The notes beneath the pieces are model-generated. The model was not told the origin of the DNA, did no database searches, and worked only from the letters and a program-made list of their open reading frames with translations. Positions 18,533-27,817 of a DNA stretch of 64,000 bases are shown here, piece by piece. The stretch is taken from contig VEXB01000001.1 in the NCBI GenBank assembly GCA_009391195.1, forward strand, positions 102,232-166,231. The letters run 5' to 3'. A program made the position numbers and the translations under genes. This stretch comes from SAR202 cluster bacterium AC-647-P02_OGT_505m (lineage in GTDB: Bacteria; Chloroflexota; Dehalococcoidia; Lucifugimonadales; UBA826). Every line of letters starts with the position of its first letter. Within the stretch, counting starts at the first letter, position 1.

Positions 18533-21500
18533 ATGGCACAGGTCGCTAACGATTTCGATGCAATTACAATATCCCTAGCATCCCCTGAAACCATATCCAG
18601 GTGGTCATGGGGCGAAGTCACCAAACCTGAAACAATTAACTACAGAACGCTACGCCCAGAAAAAGAGGGGTTGTTTTGTGAACGCATTTTCGGCCCAACC
18701 AAAGATTGGGAATGCTTCTGCGGAAAATACAAAAAAATAAGGTTCAGGGGAGTTACGTGTGACAGATGTGGGGTGGAGGTAGCGAGATCTAAGGTCAGAC
18801 GCGAAAGGATGGGTCATATCGACCTAGCCGCCCCAGTAGCCCACATATGGTTTTCAAAGGGAACTCCCAGTCGCCTTGGGCTGCTCCTTGATTTATCCCC
18901 TCGAAATCTCGACAGAGTCTTGTATTTTGCCCAATATCTGGTTACTGACGTAGATGCCTCTATGAAAGAACAGCATCTGGAAATTTTACATTCAGATCTA
19001 GAAACACTAACGCAAGAAAATGATGCGAAGCTCCAGGAAATATCTAATTCCCTTCAACAAGAGGTAGATTCACAAATCAGCGATATTCAGTCTGAGGTTT
19101 CCGGTTTAACAGAAGAACAAGATGATTTTGAACAAAGCGAAGAGCACAAAGAAGCCGTATCAAAGATTTCCAGTCTTCAAGAAGGACTAACAGCGAGGAT
19201 ATCTGAAGCCCAAGAACCTGTTAACGAAGAATATCAGCCCAAGTTAGAAAACTTGGAGTCTATGATTAAGGACCTTGAAAACCTACGTGTAACCCAATTA
19301 CTAACGGAATCACAGTATAGGACACATAGGGACAATTTCCCTGGGATTTTTGAAGGCGGAATGGGGGCTGAGTCGGTACTAAAAGTTCTTGAGAGTGAAC
19401 ATATTGACCTTGATAGTCTCAGGGATCAACTTCAAGAAGAAATGCAGTCGACATCAGGACAGAAGCGAAAAAAAGCAATAAAACGACTGCGGGTAGTGGA
19501 ATCCTTTCGCAAAAGCTCTAATAAGCCAGAATGGATGATTATGACAAGGTTACCGGTGCTACCTCCGGATTTACGACCTATGGTTCAGTTGGACGGGGGA
19601 AGATTCGCCACAAGTGATCTCAATGACTTGTATAGAAGAGTTATCAACCGAAATAATCGGCTAAGAAGGCTCGTAGAGCTACAAGCACCTGAGATTATAG
19701 TTCGCAATGAGAAAAGAATGTTGCAGGAGTCTGTTGACGCACTTATAGACAATGGTAGGCGAGGGCGGGCAGTCGCCGGTAGTCACAACCACAAACTGAA
19801 ATCCCTCTCAGATCTTCTCCGAGGGAAACAGGGTAGATTCCGTCAAAACCTCTTAGGCAAAAGAGTTGACTACAGTGGAAGGTCAGTAATCATAGCTGGG
19901 CCGGAGCTTAAGCTTCACCAATGTGGACTACCTAGGAAAATGGCGTTGGAACTATTCAAACCATTTGTTATGCACAAGTTGGTCCTTAAAGGATATGCCC
20001 ACAACATTCGAAGCGCAAAAAGACTAGCAGAGCGAAATCGATCAGAGGTTTGGGAGATTCTGGGTGATGTCGTTAAGGATCGACCTGTTTTACTCAACAG
20101 AGCACCCACCTTGCATAGGCTCGGTATTCAAGCCTTCGAACCTGTGCTTATAGAAGGAAGCGCCATAAGAGTACATCCATTGGTCTGTACAGCTTTCAAC
20201 GCGGATTTTGACGGAGACCAAATGGCAGTACATGTACCTCTTTCGAGAATATCAGTACTTGAAGCCAGAAAACTAATGCTTAGTACATTCAACATGCTAG
20301 CACCTAGTTCAGGGGAACCAATTGTAACTCCATCACTCGACATGGTACTTGGCTGCTATTACATGACGTCGATAGATCAAAATGCGAAAGGGGCTGGTCA
20401 ACGCTTTAGCGACTTTGAAGATGCAACTTTAGCTCATGAGGTGGATGCTATTTCACTGCGGGCTCCGATCCATGTAAGAAACAACGAATCTGAGTGGATT
20501 GAAACCACAGTAGGAAGAATATTATTCAATGACGTTTTACCCGGTGAAATCCCCTTTGAAAACGATGAAGTTGAGCGGAATCGCTTGCGAGAACTCACAA
20601 GCCAGTGCTTTAAAATATTAGGAAATGAAGAAGCGGCTGTGGTCCTCGATAATATCAAAAATTTAGGATTCAAAAACTCGTCTAAGTCTGGAGTATCGAT
20701 TGCGATTAACGACGTTCGGGTCTCATCAAAAAAATCTGAAATCGTCGCCAAAGCAGAGGACGCCGTTACCCAGCTTGACGAACAATACATGGATGGATTG
20801 ATAACAGACGATGAAAAATACAATGCTACTGTCCGAATATGGACAGACGCTAATGATGAATTGACGCAAGTTATTGCAGAAGACCTACCTAATTATGGTG
20901 GAATATACATGATGGCTAATTCTGGAGCCAAAGGAAACATAGCCCAAATCAAACAGATGGCGGGCATGCGCGGTCTAATGTCAAATCCAAGAGGAAGGAT
21001 CATAGACAGACCAATAAAATCCAACTTTCGCGAAGGGCTCACAGTACTTGAATATTTTATATCGACTCACGGAGCCAGAAAGGGTCTAGCAGATACAGCT
21101 TTACGAACTGCAGACAGCGGCTACCTAACAAGACGACTGATAGACGTAGCCCAAGAGGTTATCGTCATGGAGAATGACTGTGAGGCTGAACAGGGTCTTG
21201 TAATTTCAGAATATCAGGACGAAGCATTAAAAGATCTCTTCTTTGAAAGAATAAAGTTCAGGTACCTGTCTTCACCCATTCCACATCCAGACACAGGTGA
21301 GATTTTGATTGACAGGAACTCTGTTATTGGAGACGAGGAGATAGTTCTCCTGAAAAATTCTGGAGTCATGACAGCGGAGGTCAGATCTCCTCTAACATGT
21401 ATGGCAGAAAAGGGTCTCTGCAGATTATGTTACGGAATATCACTGGCAAACCTCCAACCAATCATGATAGGTGATGCAGTAGGAATTATTGCTGCTCAAA

Positions 21501-22630
21501 GCATCGGTGAACCAGGCACTCAGCTAACAATGAGAACCTTTCACACAGGTGGCGTGGCAGGCTCAGATATTACAAGTGGTTTACCAAGGGTCGAAGAGCT
21601 ATTTGAGGCTCGCTCACCAAAAGGTGCTGCAGTCCTATCTGAGATTAGTGGGCAGGCAGAGCTTATAGAGGGTCCGGAAGGTAGAACCGTTAGGATTATG
21701 AACTCGGAAGAACTTGTAGATGAGTATACCGTTACTGGATATACTCCTACGGTAGAGGACGGAAACACCGTAATCATCGGAACGTCTATTGCTTCTTCTG
21801 ATGAAGACGATGTCGAAGATATTCAAGCCCGAAACTCTGGAGAAGTAAGTATTGAAAAAAACACCATATCGATAACCTGGACCGACGAAGAGCAAAGGGA
21901 ATACTCCATCCCTGCCGCCTCAAACCTAGAAATTTCCAACGGTGACCTCGTTGAAGCAGGACAGGCGATAACTTCAGGACCTAAAAATCCACAACAAATA
22001 TTGGAAATACAGGGACGTGAAGCTGTTCAATCGTACCTGATTGAAGAGGTACAAAAAGTCTATAGATCTCAGGGCGTACCAATCCACGACAAACACATTG
22101 AGGCCATCATTAGACAAATGCTCAGAAGGGTTCAGGTCCACGAAGCGGGTGATACCGACCTTCTACCTGGAGACCCCATGGATCGTAAGGAATTTGAACA
22201 AAAAAATTCAGAAATAATGGCAGAGGGGGGAGACCCTGCTACTGCAATACCAATATTACTTGGTATAACCAGAGCTTCACTGCATATGGACAGCTTTCTT
22301 GCAGCAGCTTCCTTCCAAGAGACAACTAGAGTGCTTACGGAGTCAGCTGTCTCAGGGAAAAAAGATTTATTAACCGGCCTAAAAGAAAATGTCATTATAG
22401 GGCGACTAATCCCCGCACGATACGACAATACTCCTGAAGGGAAAGAAAAGCTTGGATTGGCTGATCTTGAAAATCTGATGTCATTAGAATCAATTCCAGA
22501 TAGTCCTCCGCCACCGGAGTTCGAAGATGAGCACGGAAATTTAATCACAGTGACTGAAATGGAGGCGGAAGACGAAAAAGTGAAAACCAGTGAAGAAAAA
22601 CAACCCATGGAGGACCCAACAGCAGATTAA
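18533..22630 (+). CDS. rpoC: DNA-directed RNA polymerase subunit beta-prime
   Basis: 1365 aa. It has the N-terminal zinc ribbon [23 protein letters not shown], the catalytic [12 protein letters not shown], and bridge-helix and trigger-loop regions ([23 protein letters not shown]). Confidence 0.98.
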   Translation: MAQVANDFDAITISLASPETISRWSWGEVTKPETINYRTLRPEKEGLFCERIFGPTKDWECFCGKYKKIRFRGVTCDRCGVEVARSKVRRERMGHIDLAAPVAHIWFSKGTPSRLGLLLDLSPRNLDRVLYFAQYLVTDVDASMKEQHLEILHSDLETLTQENDAKLQEISNSLQQEVDSQISDIQSEVSGLTEEQDDFEQSEEHKEAVSKISSLQEGLTARISEAQEPVNEEYQPKLENLESMIKDLENLRVTQLLTESQYRTHRDNFPGIFEGGMGAESVLKVLESEHIDLDSLRDQLQEEMQSTSGQKRKKAIKRLRVVESFRKSSNKPEWMIMTRLPVLPPDLRPMVQLDGGRFATSDLNDLYRRVINRNNRLRRLVELQAPEIIVRNEKRMLQESVDALIDNGRRGRAVAGSHNHKLKSLSDLLRGKQGRFRQNLLGKRVDYSGRSVIIAGPELKLHQCGLPRKMALELFKPFVMHKLVLKGYAHNIRSAKRLAERNRSEVWEILGDVVKDRPVLLNRAPTLHRLGIQAFEPVLIEGSAIRVHPLVCTAFNADFDGDQMAVHVPLSRISVLEARKLMLSTFNMLAPSSGEPIVTPSLDMVLGCYYMTSIDQNAKGAGQRFSDFEDATLAHEVDAISLRAPIHVRNNESEWIETTVGRILFNDVLPGEIPFENDEVERNRLRELTSQCFKILGNEEAAVVLDNIKNLGFKNSSKSGVSIAINDVRVSSKKSEIVAKAEDAVTQLDEQYMDGLITDDEKYNATVRIWTDANDELTQVIAEDLPNYGGIYMMANSGAKGNIAQIKQMAGMRGLMSNPRGRIIDRPIKSNFREGLTVLEYFISTHGARKGLADTALRTADSGYLTRRLIDVAQEVIVMENDCEAEQGLVISEYQDEALKDLFFERIKFRYLSSPIPHPDTGEILIDRNSVIGDEEIVLLKNSGVMTAEVRSPLTCMAEKGLCRLCYGISLANLQPIMIGDAVGIIAAQSIGEPGTQLTMRTFHTGGVAGSDITSGLPRVEELFEARSPKGAAVLSEISGQAELIEGPEGRTVRIMNSEELVDEYTVTGYTPTVEDGNTVIIGTSIASSDEDDVEDIQARNSGEVSIEKNTISITWTDEEQREYSIPAASNLEISNGDLVEAGQAITSGPKNPQQILEIQGREAVQSYLIEEVQKVYRSQGVPIHDKHIEAIIRQMLRRVQVHEAGDTDLLPGDPMDRKEFEQKNSEIMAEGGDPATAIPILLGITRASLHMDSFLAAASFQETTRVLTESAVSGKKDLLTGLKENVIIGRLIPARYDNTPEGKEKLGLADLENLMSLESIPDSPPPPEFEDEHGNLITVTEMEAEDEKVKTSEEKQPMEDPTAD

Positions 22631-22754
22631 TGATGTAAATCTTGAATCTCAAATAAAAAGGATGAGTTTGGGCACCCACGTTTGTTTGGATCCAATTCAT
22701 ACGGAATATTTGTACAATTTCATGAACTATAGACGATATTAAAAACTAAAAGTT

Positions 22755-22915
22755 TGGGAAAAGGGTGCCCAGTAGGGTTTAAAGAGGAAGTCGGTCTAAA
22801 TCCGACACTGTCCCGCAACGGTAGGTTCTCTGACAGAACAAGTCCGGTCCACCACCCTTCCCATCTATCTAGGCCTTCGCGGAAAGGTGTCAGATGTGAA
22901 AGAAACCCGTTTTCC
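22755..22915 (+). promoter_or_regulatory. Cobalamin (B12) riboswitch
   Basis: The string GGTGCCCAGTAGGGTTTAAAGAGGAAGTCGGTCTAAATCCGACACTGTCCCGCAACGGTAGG (22764-22825) reproduces the conserved 5' core of the family: a purine-rich AGGGAA-like junction, a GGT..AAATCC..AC hairpin, then CTG..CCCGCAACGGTA. Downstream, CGGAAAGGTGTCAGA...AAACCCG resembles the B12-box region. GGGTTT (22775-80) can pair with AAACCC (22903-08), and AAGGGTG (22761-67) with CACCCTT (22853-59). The element sits directly 5' of a BtuF/BtuC/BtuD-like operon. Boundaries are approximate. Confidence 0.8.
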
Positions 22916-23056
22916 ACCACTACTCTGCCCTATGATTCTAAAGGTAAGAGTTTGTTGAAAGTTGCTGTCACGAGCAAAAATCAACACTTCGGATCAAACT
23001 TCTGAATTCTCTCTGTAACCTTCCGAAAAGGTCTCTTCAACCTAGGAGGCAATCGG

Positions 23057-24178
23057 TTGCAGGCAACAAGGAATAAATACATTTCCATATCCGCTTTGAT
23101 TTCAATCGTTATCGTTTTTTCGTTAGGATGTTCCAATGTGGTCCCAGAACTTCCTCTTCCCGCGGCACAAGCAGCTCCTGCAGCTCCTGCAGCTCCTGCT
23201 CAAAAATTAATATATTCGAAAAGCACCCCTATCCAACCTATTAAACCTGCACCCGCAGCCCCAGCAACGCCGGCAGAAATACCAACATCTACAGCTGTCG
23301 AAAAAGAACATAATAGCCAGATAAAAACAACCTCAAAACCCAAAAATAAACTTAAAACAGTAGACAGTCCAAGATCTGCATCTTTTCCTGTAACAATCAT
23401 GGATCGTGAAGGCTATGAGGTTATTTTTGAAGAAGCACCCAACCGTATAGTCGCTTTTGACTCAGCAGCTGTAGAGACCATATTTGCTATAGGCGAAGGA
23501 CATAGAATAATTGCCACCCACGACTTCGTTTCATACCCTCCACAAGTGAATTCGATAAAAAAAGTTGGGGATGCTTTCAATATGGACATAGAAGCAATCG
23601 TCAATTTGAACCCGGATCTCGTATACATATTTTACCCAACATTCAAGGAGCAGCTTGAAAATGCGGGACTTAGGGTGTTACTCATACAAACAATAGACGA
23701 TGACTTCCAAAAAACCGCTGATTTATTCCGAATGTGGGGATCGATAACAGGCGCTGTTGCAGAAGCAGATATTCTCGCCTCAGACTTCGAGATGAGAATT
23801 GATTCGATCCAAAACATGTTATCTCCATATAAATCAGGTCCTTCAATATTTCAGGATGTAGGAGGGCTTTGGACTCCAGGAAACGATACCCTGGTCGGGA
23901 ACGTCTTCAAGACCCTTAAACTCCAAAACGTGGCACATGATATCGAGGGTTACGCACAGTTCAGCCCGGAAACGTTGATTGAGAGAAACCCTCAATATAT
24001 TATGGCCCCCTATGGCGACAACATAAGCTCAAATAACAAATTCAAAAATGTGACCGCTGTGCGTAATGGTGCTGTAATAATCCCATCTGATGATTATCTA
24101 TCCACATCTGGACCGCGTTTCATACTTGGTGTGGAAGAATTAGCCAAAACCATATATCCAGGTCTTTGGAAGAGATAG
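23057..24178 (+). CDS. ABC transporter periplasmic-binding lipoprotein, BtuF/FhuD-type (cobalamin or iron-chelate)
   Basis: TTG start 7 nt after AGGAGG. The signal peptide has the lipobox VFSLGC, followed by an Ala/Pro-rich linker. The C-terminal domain (RIVAFDSAAVETIFAIGEGHRIIAT) is typical of PF01497-type binding proteins. A riboswitch lies upstream. Confidence 0.8.
   Translation: MQATRNKYISISALISIVIVFSLGCSNVVPELPLPAAQAAPAAPAAPAQKLIYSKSTPIQPIKPAPAAPATPAEIPTSTAVEKEHNSQIKTTSKPKNKLKTVDSPRSASFPVTIMDREGYEVIFEEAPNRIVAFDSAAVETIFAIGEGHRIIATHDFVSYPPQVNSIKKVGDAFNMDIEAIVNLNPDLVYIFYPTFKEQLENAGLRVLLIQTIDDDFQKTADLFRMWGSITGAVAEADILASDFEMRIDSIQNMLSPYKSGPSIFQDVGGLWTPGNDTLVGNVFKTLKLQNVAHDIEGYAQFSPETLIERNPQYIMAPYGDNISSNNKFKNVTAVRNGAVIIPSDDYLSTSGPRFILGVEELAKTIYPGLWKR
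23171..23197 (+). repeat. Perfect 3 x 9-bp tandem repeat (GCAGCTCCT) encoding AAPAAPAAP
   Basis: Read directly: GCAGCTCCT at 23171-79, 23180-88 and 23189-97, inside the linker of the binding lipoprotein. Confidence 0.9.
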
Positions 24179-24208
24179 ATAAGTCTTTTTGGACAAGGCA
24201 AGCCCTAC

Positions 24209-25279
24209 ATGAGTGAACACGCACCTCGTCTCAGGTCCAACCATGAAAAATCTTGGAAATTTCCTTGGTTGAGAATATCGCTTGGCATATTTGGAACAAT
24301 TGTCTGCTGTTTAGTCGCGGCATCTATCGGATCAGTGGGGATCAATCCAAACTCCACTCTTTTGATAGCACTATCTAGAGTACCTATGATAGACATATCC
24401 CAAACGTGGCCAGACTCTTGGGACACAATATTATGGAAACTTCGATTTCCCCGAATAATTTTAGCTTTCATAGTTGGAGCATCCCTCTCAGTCTCAGGTG
24501 CAACCTTTCAGGGACTGTTTCGTAATCCTCTAGCAGACCCGTATTTAATTGGAGTAGCATCTGGCGCCTCCTTAGGGGCTACTGTTGTATTTCTAACAGG
24601 AATTCCATTTATCTACGGAGGTATCAGCATATTACCAATTGCATCTTTTACAGGTGGGTTAATAGCTGTTTTTGTTGCCTACGGAATAGCTGTTCGCTCA
24701 TCTAGCACCCGTCTAACAACCCTCATTCTCGCAGGCGTAGCAATCGGTTCTTTCACAACAGCCATTTCCAGCCTGTTAATGCTAAGAAGTGACCCTGACT
24801 TAAGGGTAGTTTTAAGTTGGATCATGGGAGGATTTATCAAGGCCCAGTGGAACCATAGCTTGTTTCTAATACCTTACCTGCTACCAGGATTCATCCTAAC
24901 ATTCGCTTACAGCAGAATCTTAAATACAATGCAATTAGATGAAGAATATGCCTCTAGCCTCGGAGTTAATATTGAGAGAACAAAGAAAATATTAATCTTG
25001 GTTGCAACGATGATGACTGCAGCCGTAGTCTCCTTTAGCGGTTTAATCGGATTCGTGGGATTAGTTGCTCCTCATATAGTAAGACTTATTTGGGATTCTG
25101 ATTTCCGAACACTTATCCCCATGGCGGCGATCGTCGGTGGTTGTTTCCTCGTTATAGCTGATCTAATTGCCCGCACCATATTGAGCCCAGGAGAGATACC
25201 CGTTGGTATCGTAACGGCATTATGTGGTGCTCCATTTTTCATATATTTGTTGTTAAGAAATCGGCAAAATACGACATGA
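24209..25279 (+). CDS. FecCD/BtuC-family ABC transporter permease
   Basis: 356 aa and polytopic. It carries family-typical strings RFPRIILAFIVGASLSVSGATFQGLFRNPLADPYLIGVASGASLGA and GEIPVGIVTALCGAPFFIYLL. Confidence 0.85.
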   Translation: MSEHAPRLRSNHEKSWKFPWLRISLGIFGTIVCCLVAASIGSVGINPNSTLLIALSRVPMIDISQTWPDSWDTILWKLRFPRIILAFIVGASLSVSGATFQGLFRNPLADPYLIGVASGASLGATVVFLTGIPFIYGGISILPIASFTGGLIAVFVAYGIAVRSSSTRLTTLILAGVAIGSFTTAISSLLMLRSDPDLRVVLSWIMGGFIKAQWNHSLFLIPYLLPGFILTFAYSRILNTMQLDEEYASSLGVNIERTKKILILVATMMTAAVVSFSGLIGFVGLVAPHIVRLIWDSDFRTLIPMAAIVGGCFLVIADLIARTILSPGEIPVGIVTALCGAPFFIYLLLRNRQNTT

Positions 25280-26076
25280 AAATTGGTATATCTCTGAATA
25301 ACATACGATTTTCATACGGCAAAAACGACGTCATCAAAAACGTGGATTTGGAAATTAGTAATAGAGAGATAGTCTCTTTGGTTGGACCAAATGGTGCCGG
25401 TAAGACTACATTACTAAAACTAATGGGTGGTTTGTTAAATCCATCCCATGGAAAAGTCTACGTAATGGGGAAACAAATAGGAGAAATTAGTCCCCGCTCG
25501 AGAGCTCGAATTGTGTCAACCGTACCCCAAAATCCCCGCGTTCCTCAAAATTTGAAACTCTCTGAATTTGTAATGCTAGGTAGAAATGCCCATCTCAGCC
25601 TAACACAGTGGGAGAGCAACGAAGATATCCAGATTGTTAAGGAGGCATTGGAAGTTACTGACACCCTAAATCTAAAGGACCGACACCTTGGTAAAATCTC
25701 CGGTGGGGAATTACAAAGAGGTATGCTTGCTCTTGCTCTTGCCCAAGAATCTCCTGTCATGCTACTTGATGAGCCTACATCGAATCTAGACCTATCACAT
25801 CAATCCAAAATGATGAGTCTAATCGCCAATTCACATGAATCGAGAGTAGGTCCCACTATCATAGGCATTCATGATTTAACACTAGCAGCCAGATATAGTA
25901 ACCGAATGATCTTGGTATCAGAGGGAAAGGTATTCGCAGACGGTACTCCAGAGGAAGTCTTAACTCCCGCTAATATAAAAGAAGCCTATGGGGCAGAGGT
26001 TGCCATTATCCCTCATCCGGAGGGAGGATCGCCTGTGGTACTCCCTGTTTTCAATTCATATCCACAGACAAAATAA
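25276..26076 (+). CDS. ABC transporter ATP-binding protein (BtuD/FecE-like)
   Basis: Walker A GPNGAGKTT, the signature ISGGELQR and Walker B MLLDEPTSNLD are present. The likely start is the ATG at 25276, which overlaps the permease stop (ATGA). The listed ORF start at 25222 lies inside the permease gene. Confidence 0.85.
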   Translation: MKIGISLNNIRFSYGKNDVIKNVDLEISNREIVSLVGPNGAGKTTLLKLMGGLLNPSHGKVYVMGKQIGEISPRSRARIVSTVPQNPRVPQNLKLSEFVMLGRNAHLSLTQWESNEDIQIVKEALEVTDTLNLKDRHLGKISGGELQRGMLALALAQESPVMLLDEPTSNLDLSHQSKMMSLIANSHESRVGPTIIGIHDLTLAARYSNRMILVSEGKVFADGTPEEVLTPANIKEAYGAEVAIIPHPEGGSPVVLPVFNSYPQTK

Positions 26077-26091
26077 CCCATTACCGCAAAT

Positions 26092-26604
26092 TTATTCAAG
26101 ATTGCCATCTAACTTGTAACGTTGAGCGTTTTCCGAATAAACTCCAACAAGCCATTTTTGCAGATCTAAGTGTTTTTGTTGAACCTCACCACGAATCCTC
26201 CCAGGAATACCCATTATGATAGATCCATCAGGAATTTCCATGTTCTCCACCACCATCGCACCCGATCCAATGATAGTATTCTTTCCCATTTTCACCCCAT
26301 CGTTGATGATCGACCCATTACCAAGCAGACAACCGTCACCTATTTCCTTTCCATGACACACCACTCTGTGTGCAATAACTACACTATCGCCAATAAAAAC
26401 ATCTGCATCACCATGAACGATAGAATTATCCTGAATATTAGTGTGCTTACCAATAATTACTTTTCCCATATCCCCCCTAACCACGGCACCCGGCCAAACA
26501 CTGGACCCCTCACCAATCTCAACATTCCCCACTACATAAGCAGCTTCACTAACAAAAGCCGTAGGGTGAATTATTGGAGTACTACTACCAAGTGACTTAA
26601 TCAA
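26092..26604 (-). CDS. Gamma-class carbonic anhydrase-like / hexapeptide-repeat protein
   Basis: 170 aa. It has left-handed beta-helix hexapeptide repeats and a family-typical N-terminus (IHPTAFVSEAAYVVGNVEIGEGSSVWPGAVVRGD...IQDNSIVHGD). Confidence 0.8.
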   Translation of the reverse strand: MIKSLGSSTPIIHPTAFVSEAAYVVGNVEIGEGSSVWPGAVVRGDMGKVIIGKHTNIQDNSIVHGDADVFIGDSVVIAHRVVCHGKEIGDGCLLGNGSIINDGVKMGKNTIIGSGAMVVENMEIPDGSIIMGIPGRIRGEVQQKHLDLQKWLVGVYSENAQRYKLDGNLE

Positions 26605-26766
26605 ACTTCCCTCCTGTGATTTAGGTCAAGAACAATTCAAATTATTTTAAAACATATAGTGGTTTTTTGATTAGTGGACTATGCTATTCTGTGGCGATTT
26701 CTATAATAAAATATCAGTCAATTTTCCAATACAACGAAAATTTTAGTCCTAGGGAGCTCCAAAATT

Positions 26767-27378
26767 TTGAAAATATATGACGGTCATAAACTTTTAGTTA
26801 TTATGACGGTTTTCATGCTATTAGCAGTATCAGGATGCGCTCGAGAAAAAATGAGTGACAACGATAATAGCGAAAATGTTCAATCCCAGATCACCCAAGA
26901 GCTAAGTACTCCATACCCTACCTCTACTCCATACCCTACCTCTACACCATACCCAATATCCAATTCCACGCGTCCCCAAGAATCCCCAACCCCGAAAGTA
27001 GACGCCCTCTTTATATATAACAGGGCTGTCCATTCACTAAGAATTGAAGAATACACTGATGCGGTTAATAGTTTTACACAAGTGATAAAAAGGTTGCCTG
27101 ACTTGGCTATAGCATATAAGGGAAGAGGCGGAGCCTACTACTACTCAGAGAGGATAGATTTTGCAATTGAAGATCTCACATTAGCCTTGTCGATAGATCC
27201 AAATCTAGGAGGAGCACATATGTATCTAGGTATGATCTACAGGGATCAAGGAGATTTGGTCAAGGCTGAGGAATATCTGAATACAGCAGTTGAGCTAATT
27301 CACCCCATTAGGGAAAGATGGGAAATGGAAGTAGCGATCAAAACTTTAAGGGATCTGAAGGATAAAACTCTTCAATAA
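26767..27378 (+). CDS. TPR-repeat lipoprotein
   Basis: Signal peptide with lipobox LLAVSGC, a Pro/Thr/Tyr-rich linker, then TPR-like repeats (AIAYKGRGGAYYYSERIDFAIEDLTLALSIDPNLGGAHMYLGMIYRDQGDLVKAEEYL). TTG start, so the start position is uncertain. Confidence 0.65.
   Translation: MKIYDGHKLLVIMTVFMLLAVSGCAREKMSDNDNSENVQSQITQELSTPYPTSTPYPTSTPYPISNSTRPQESPTPKVDALFIYNRAVHSLRIEEYTDAVNSFTQVIKRLPDLAIAYKGRGGAYYYSERIDFAIEDLTLALSIDPNLGGAHMYLGMIYRDQGDLVKAEEYLNTAVELIHPIRERWEMEVAIKTLRDLKDKTLQ
26908..26961 (+). repeat. 3 x 18-bp tandem repeat encoding TPYPTS-TPYPTS-TPYPIS
   Basis: ACTCCATACCCTACCTCT occurs twice perfectly (26908-25, 26926-43). A degenerate third copy ACACCATACCCAATATCC follows at 26944-61. 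Confidence 0.85.
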
Positions 27379-27381
27379 GAC

Positions 27382-27816
27382 CTAACGAAGAACTATCAAA
27401 GGCGCACCTTGCGAAACCTGATCACCGGGATTAGCTACAATGCTTATTACCTCACCCGCAACATCAGTAATAACGGTTTGTTGCATCTTCATAGAGTCCA
27501 GAATACAAACCTGATCACCTATTTTAAGTAAATCTCCAACATTAACTGAAATCGATATTACAGAACCTGGCATAGGTGAATTGAAAAACTTGTGATCTAC
27601 GTTTTGAGATTCATGAATGTCATGTGTCTCATCCAAATTCTTTGAATGCGTTTCAGCTTGTGAGTTTTTTTCTTGTTCCGACGATATATCGTCATCAGTT
27701 AAGGACACCTCGTACATTTCCCCATCAACCAATACCTTTACCGGATCACATGTAATGTCCTCTACCTCTACTTGATACCATTTCGTTCCAACGCGAATTT
27801 GCAATTTATTGTTCAT
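27382..27816 (-). CDS. Biotin carboxyl-carrier subunit of a Na+-translocating decarboxylase (GcdC/MmdC-like)
   Basis: The C-terminal biotinyl domain has SMKM (canonical xMKM with the biotinyl-Lys). The N-terminus has the pattern KLQIRVGTKWYQVEVED...VLVDGEMYEVSL, typical of decarboxylase biotin carriers. The ATG at 27816 (MNNKLQ) lies 1 nt after the beta-subunit stop and is the more likely start. The listed start is 27843. Confidence 0.75.
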   Translation of the reverse strand: MNNKLQIRVGTKWYQVEVEDITCDPVKVLVDGEMYEVSLTDDDISSEQEKNSQAETHSKNLDETHDIHESQNVDHKFFNSPMPGSVISISVNVGDLLKIGDQVCILDSMKMQQTVITDVAGEVISIVANPGDQVSQGAPLIVLR

Positions 27817-27817
27817 A

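Noticed and set aside
15067-22608. Many antisense ORFs inside rpoB and rpoC (for example 17181..17612 at 143 aa, 20434..20823 at 129 aa, 22132..22608 at 158 aa)
   Set aside because: They lie entirely within, and antisense to, unambiguous highly conserved genes. Their Ser/Pro/Ile-rich composition is typical of shadow ORFs, and they have no start-site signals.
22669-22771. 9-nt perfect complementarity between TGGGCACCC (22669-77, just after rpoC) and GGGTGCCCA (22763-71, the 5' arm of the riboswitch)
   Set aside because: It could form an alternative structure in rpoC read-through transcripts. However, a single 9-mer match about 85 nt away is within chance expectation, and I cannot place the promoter relative to it. 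It is not reported as a finding.
22720-23005. Listed ORFs 22754..23005 (plus strand, 83 aa) and 22720..22920 (minus strand, 66 aa) in the rpoC-btuF gap
   Set aside because: They coincide with the cobalamin riboswitch core. They have no SD, and their odd composition (Arg/Ser/Pro-rich) is typical of translating structured GC-richer RNA. I treat them as non-coding.
26170-26595. 141-aa plus-strand ORF
   Set aside because: It is antisense to the gamma-carbonic-anhydrase-like gene. The hexapeptide-repeat periodicity of that gene keeps the opposite strand open, and the product is low-complexity (His/Asn/Thr-rich).
23171-26961. Short direct repeats considered as a possible CRISPR array or mobile-element ends
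   Set aside because: The repeats are in-frame tandem codon repeats inside lipoprotein linkers (9 bp x3 and 18 bp x3) with no spacers. No transposase, integrase, cas genes or terminal inverted repeats are present anywhere in the window.
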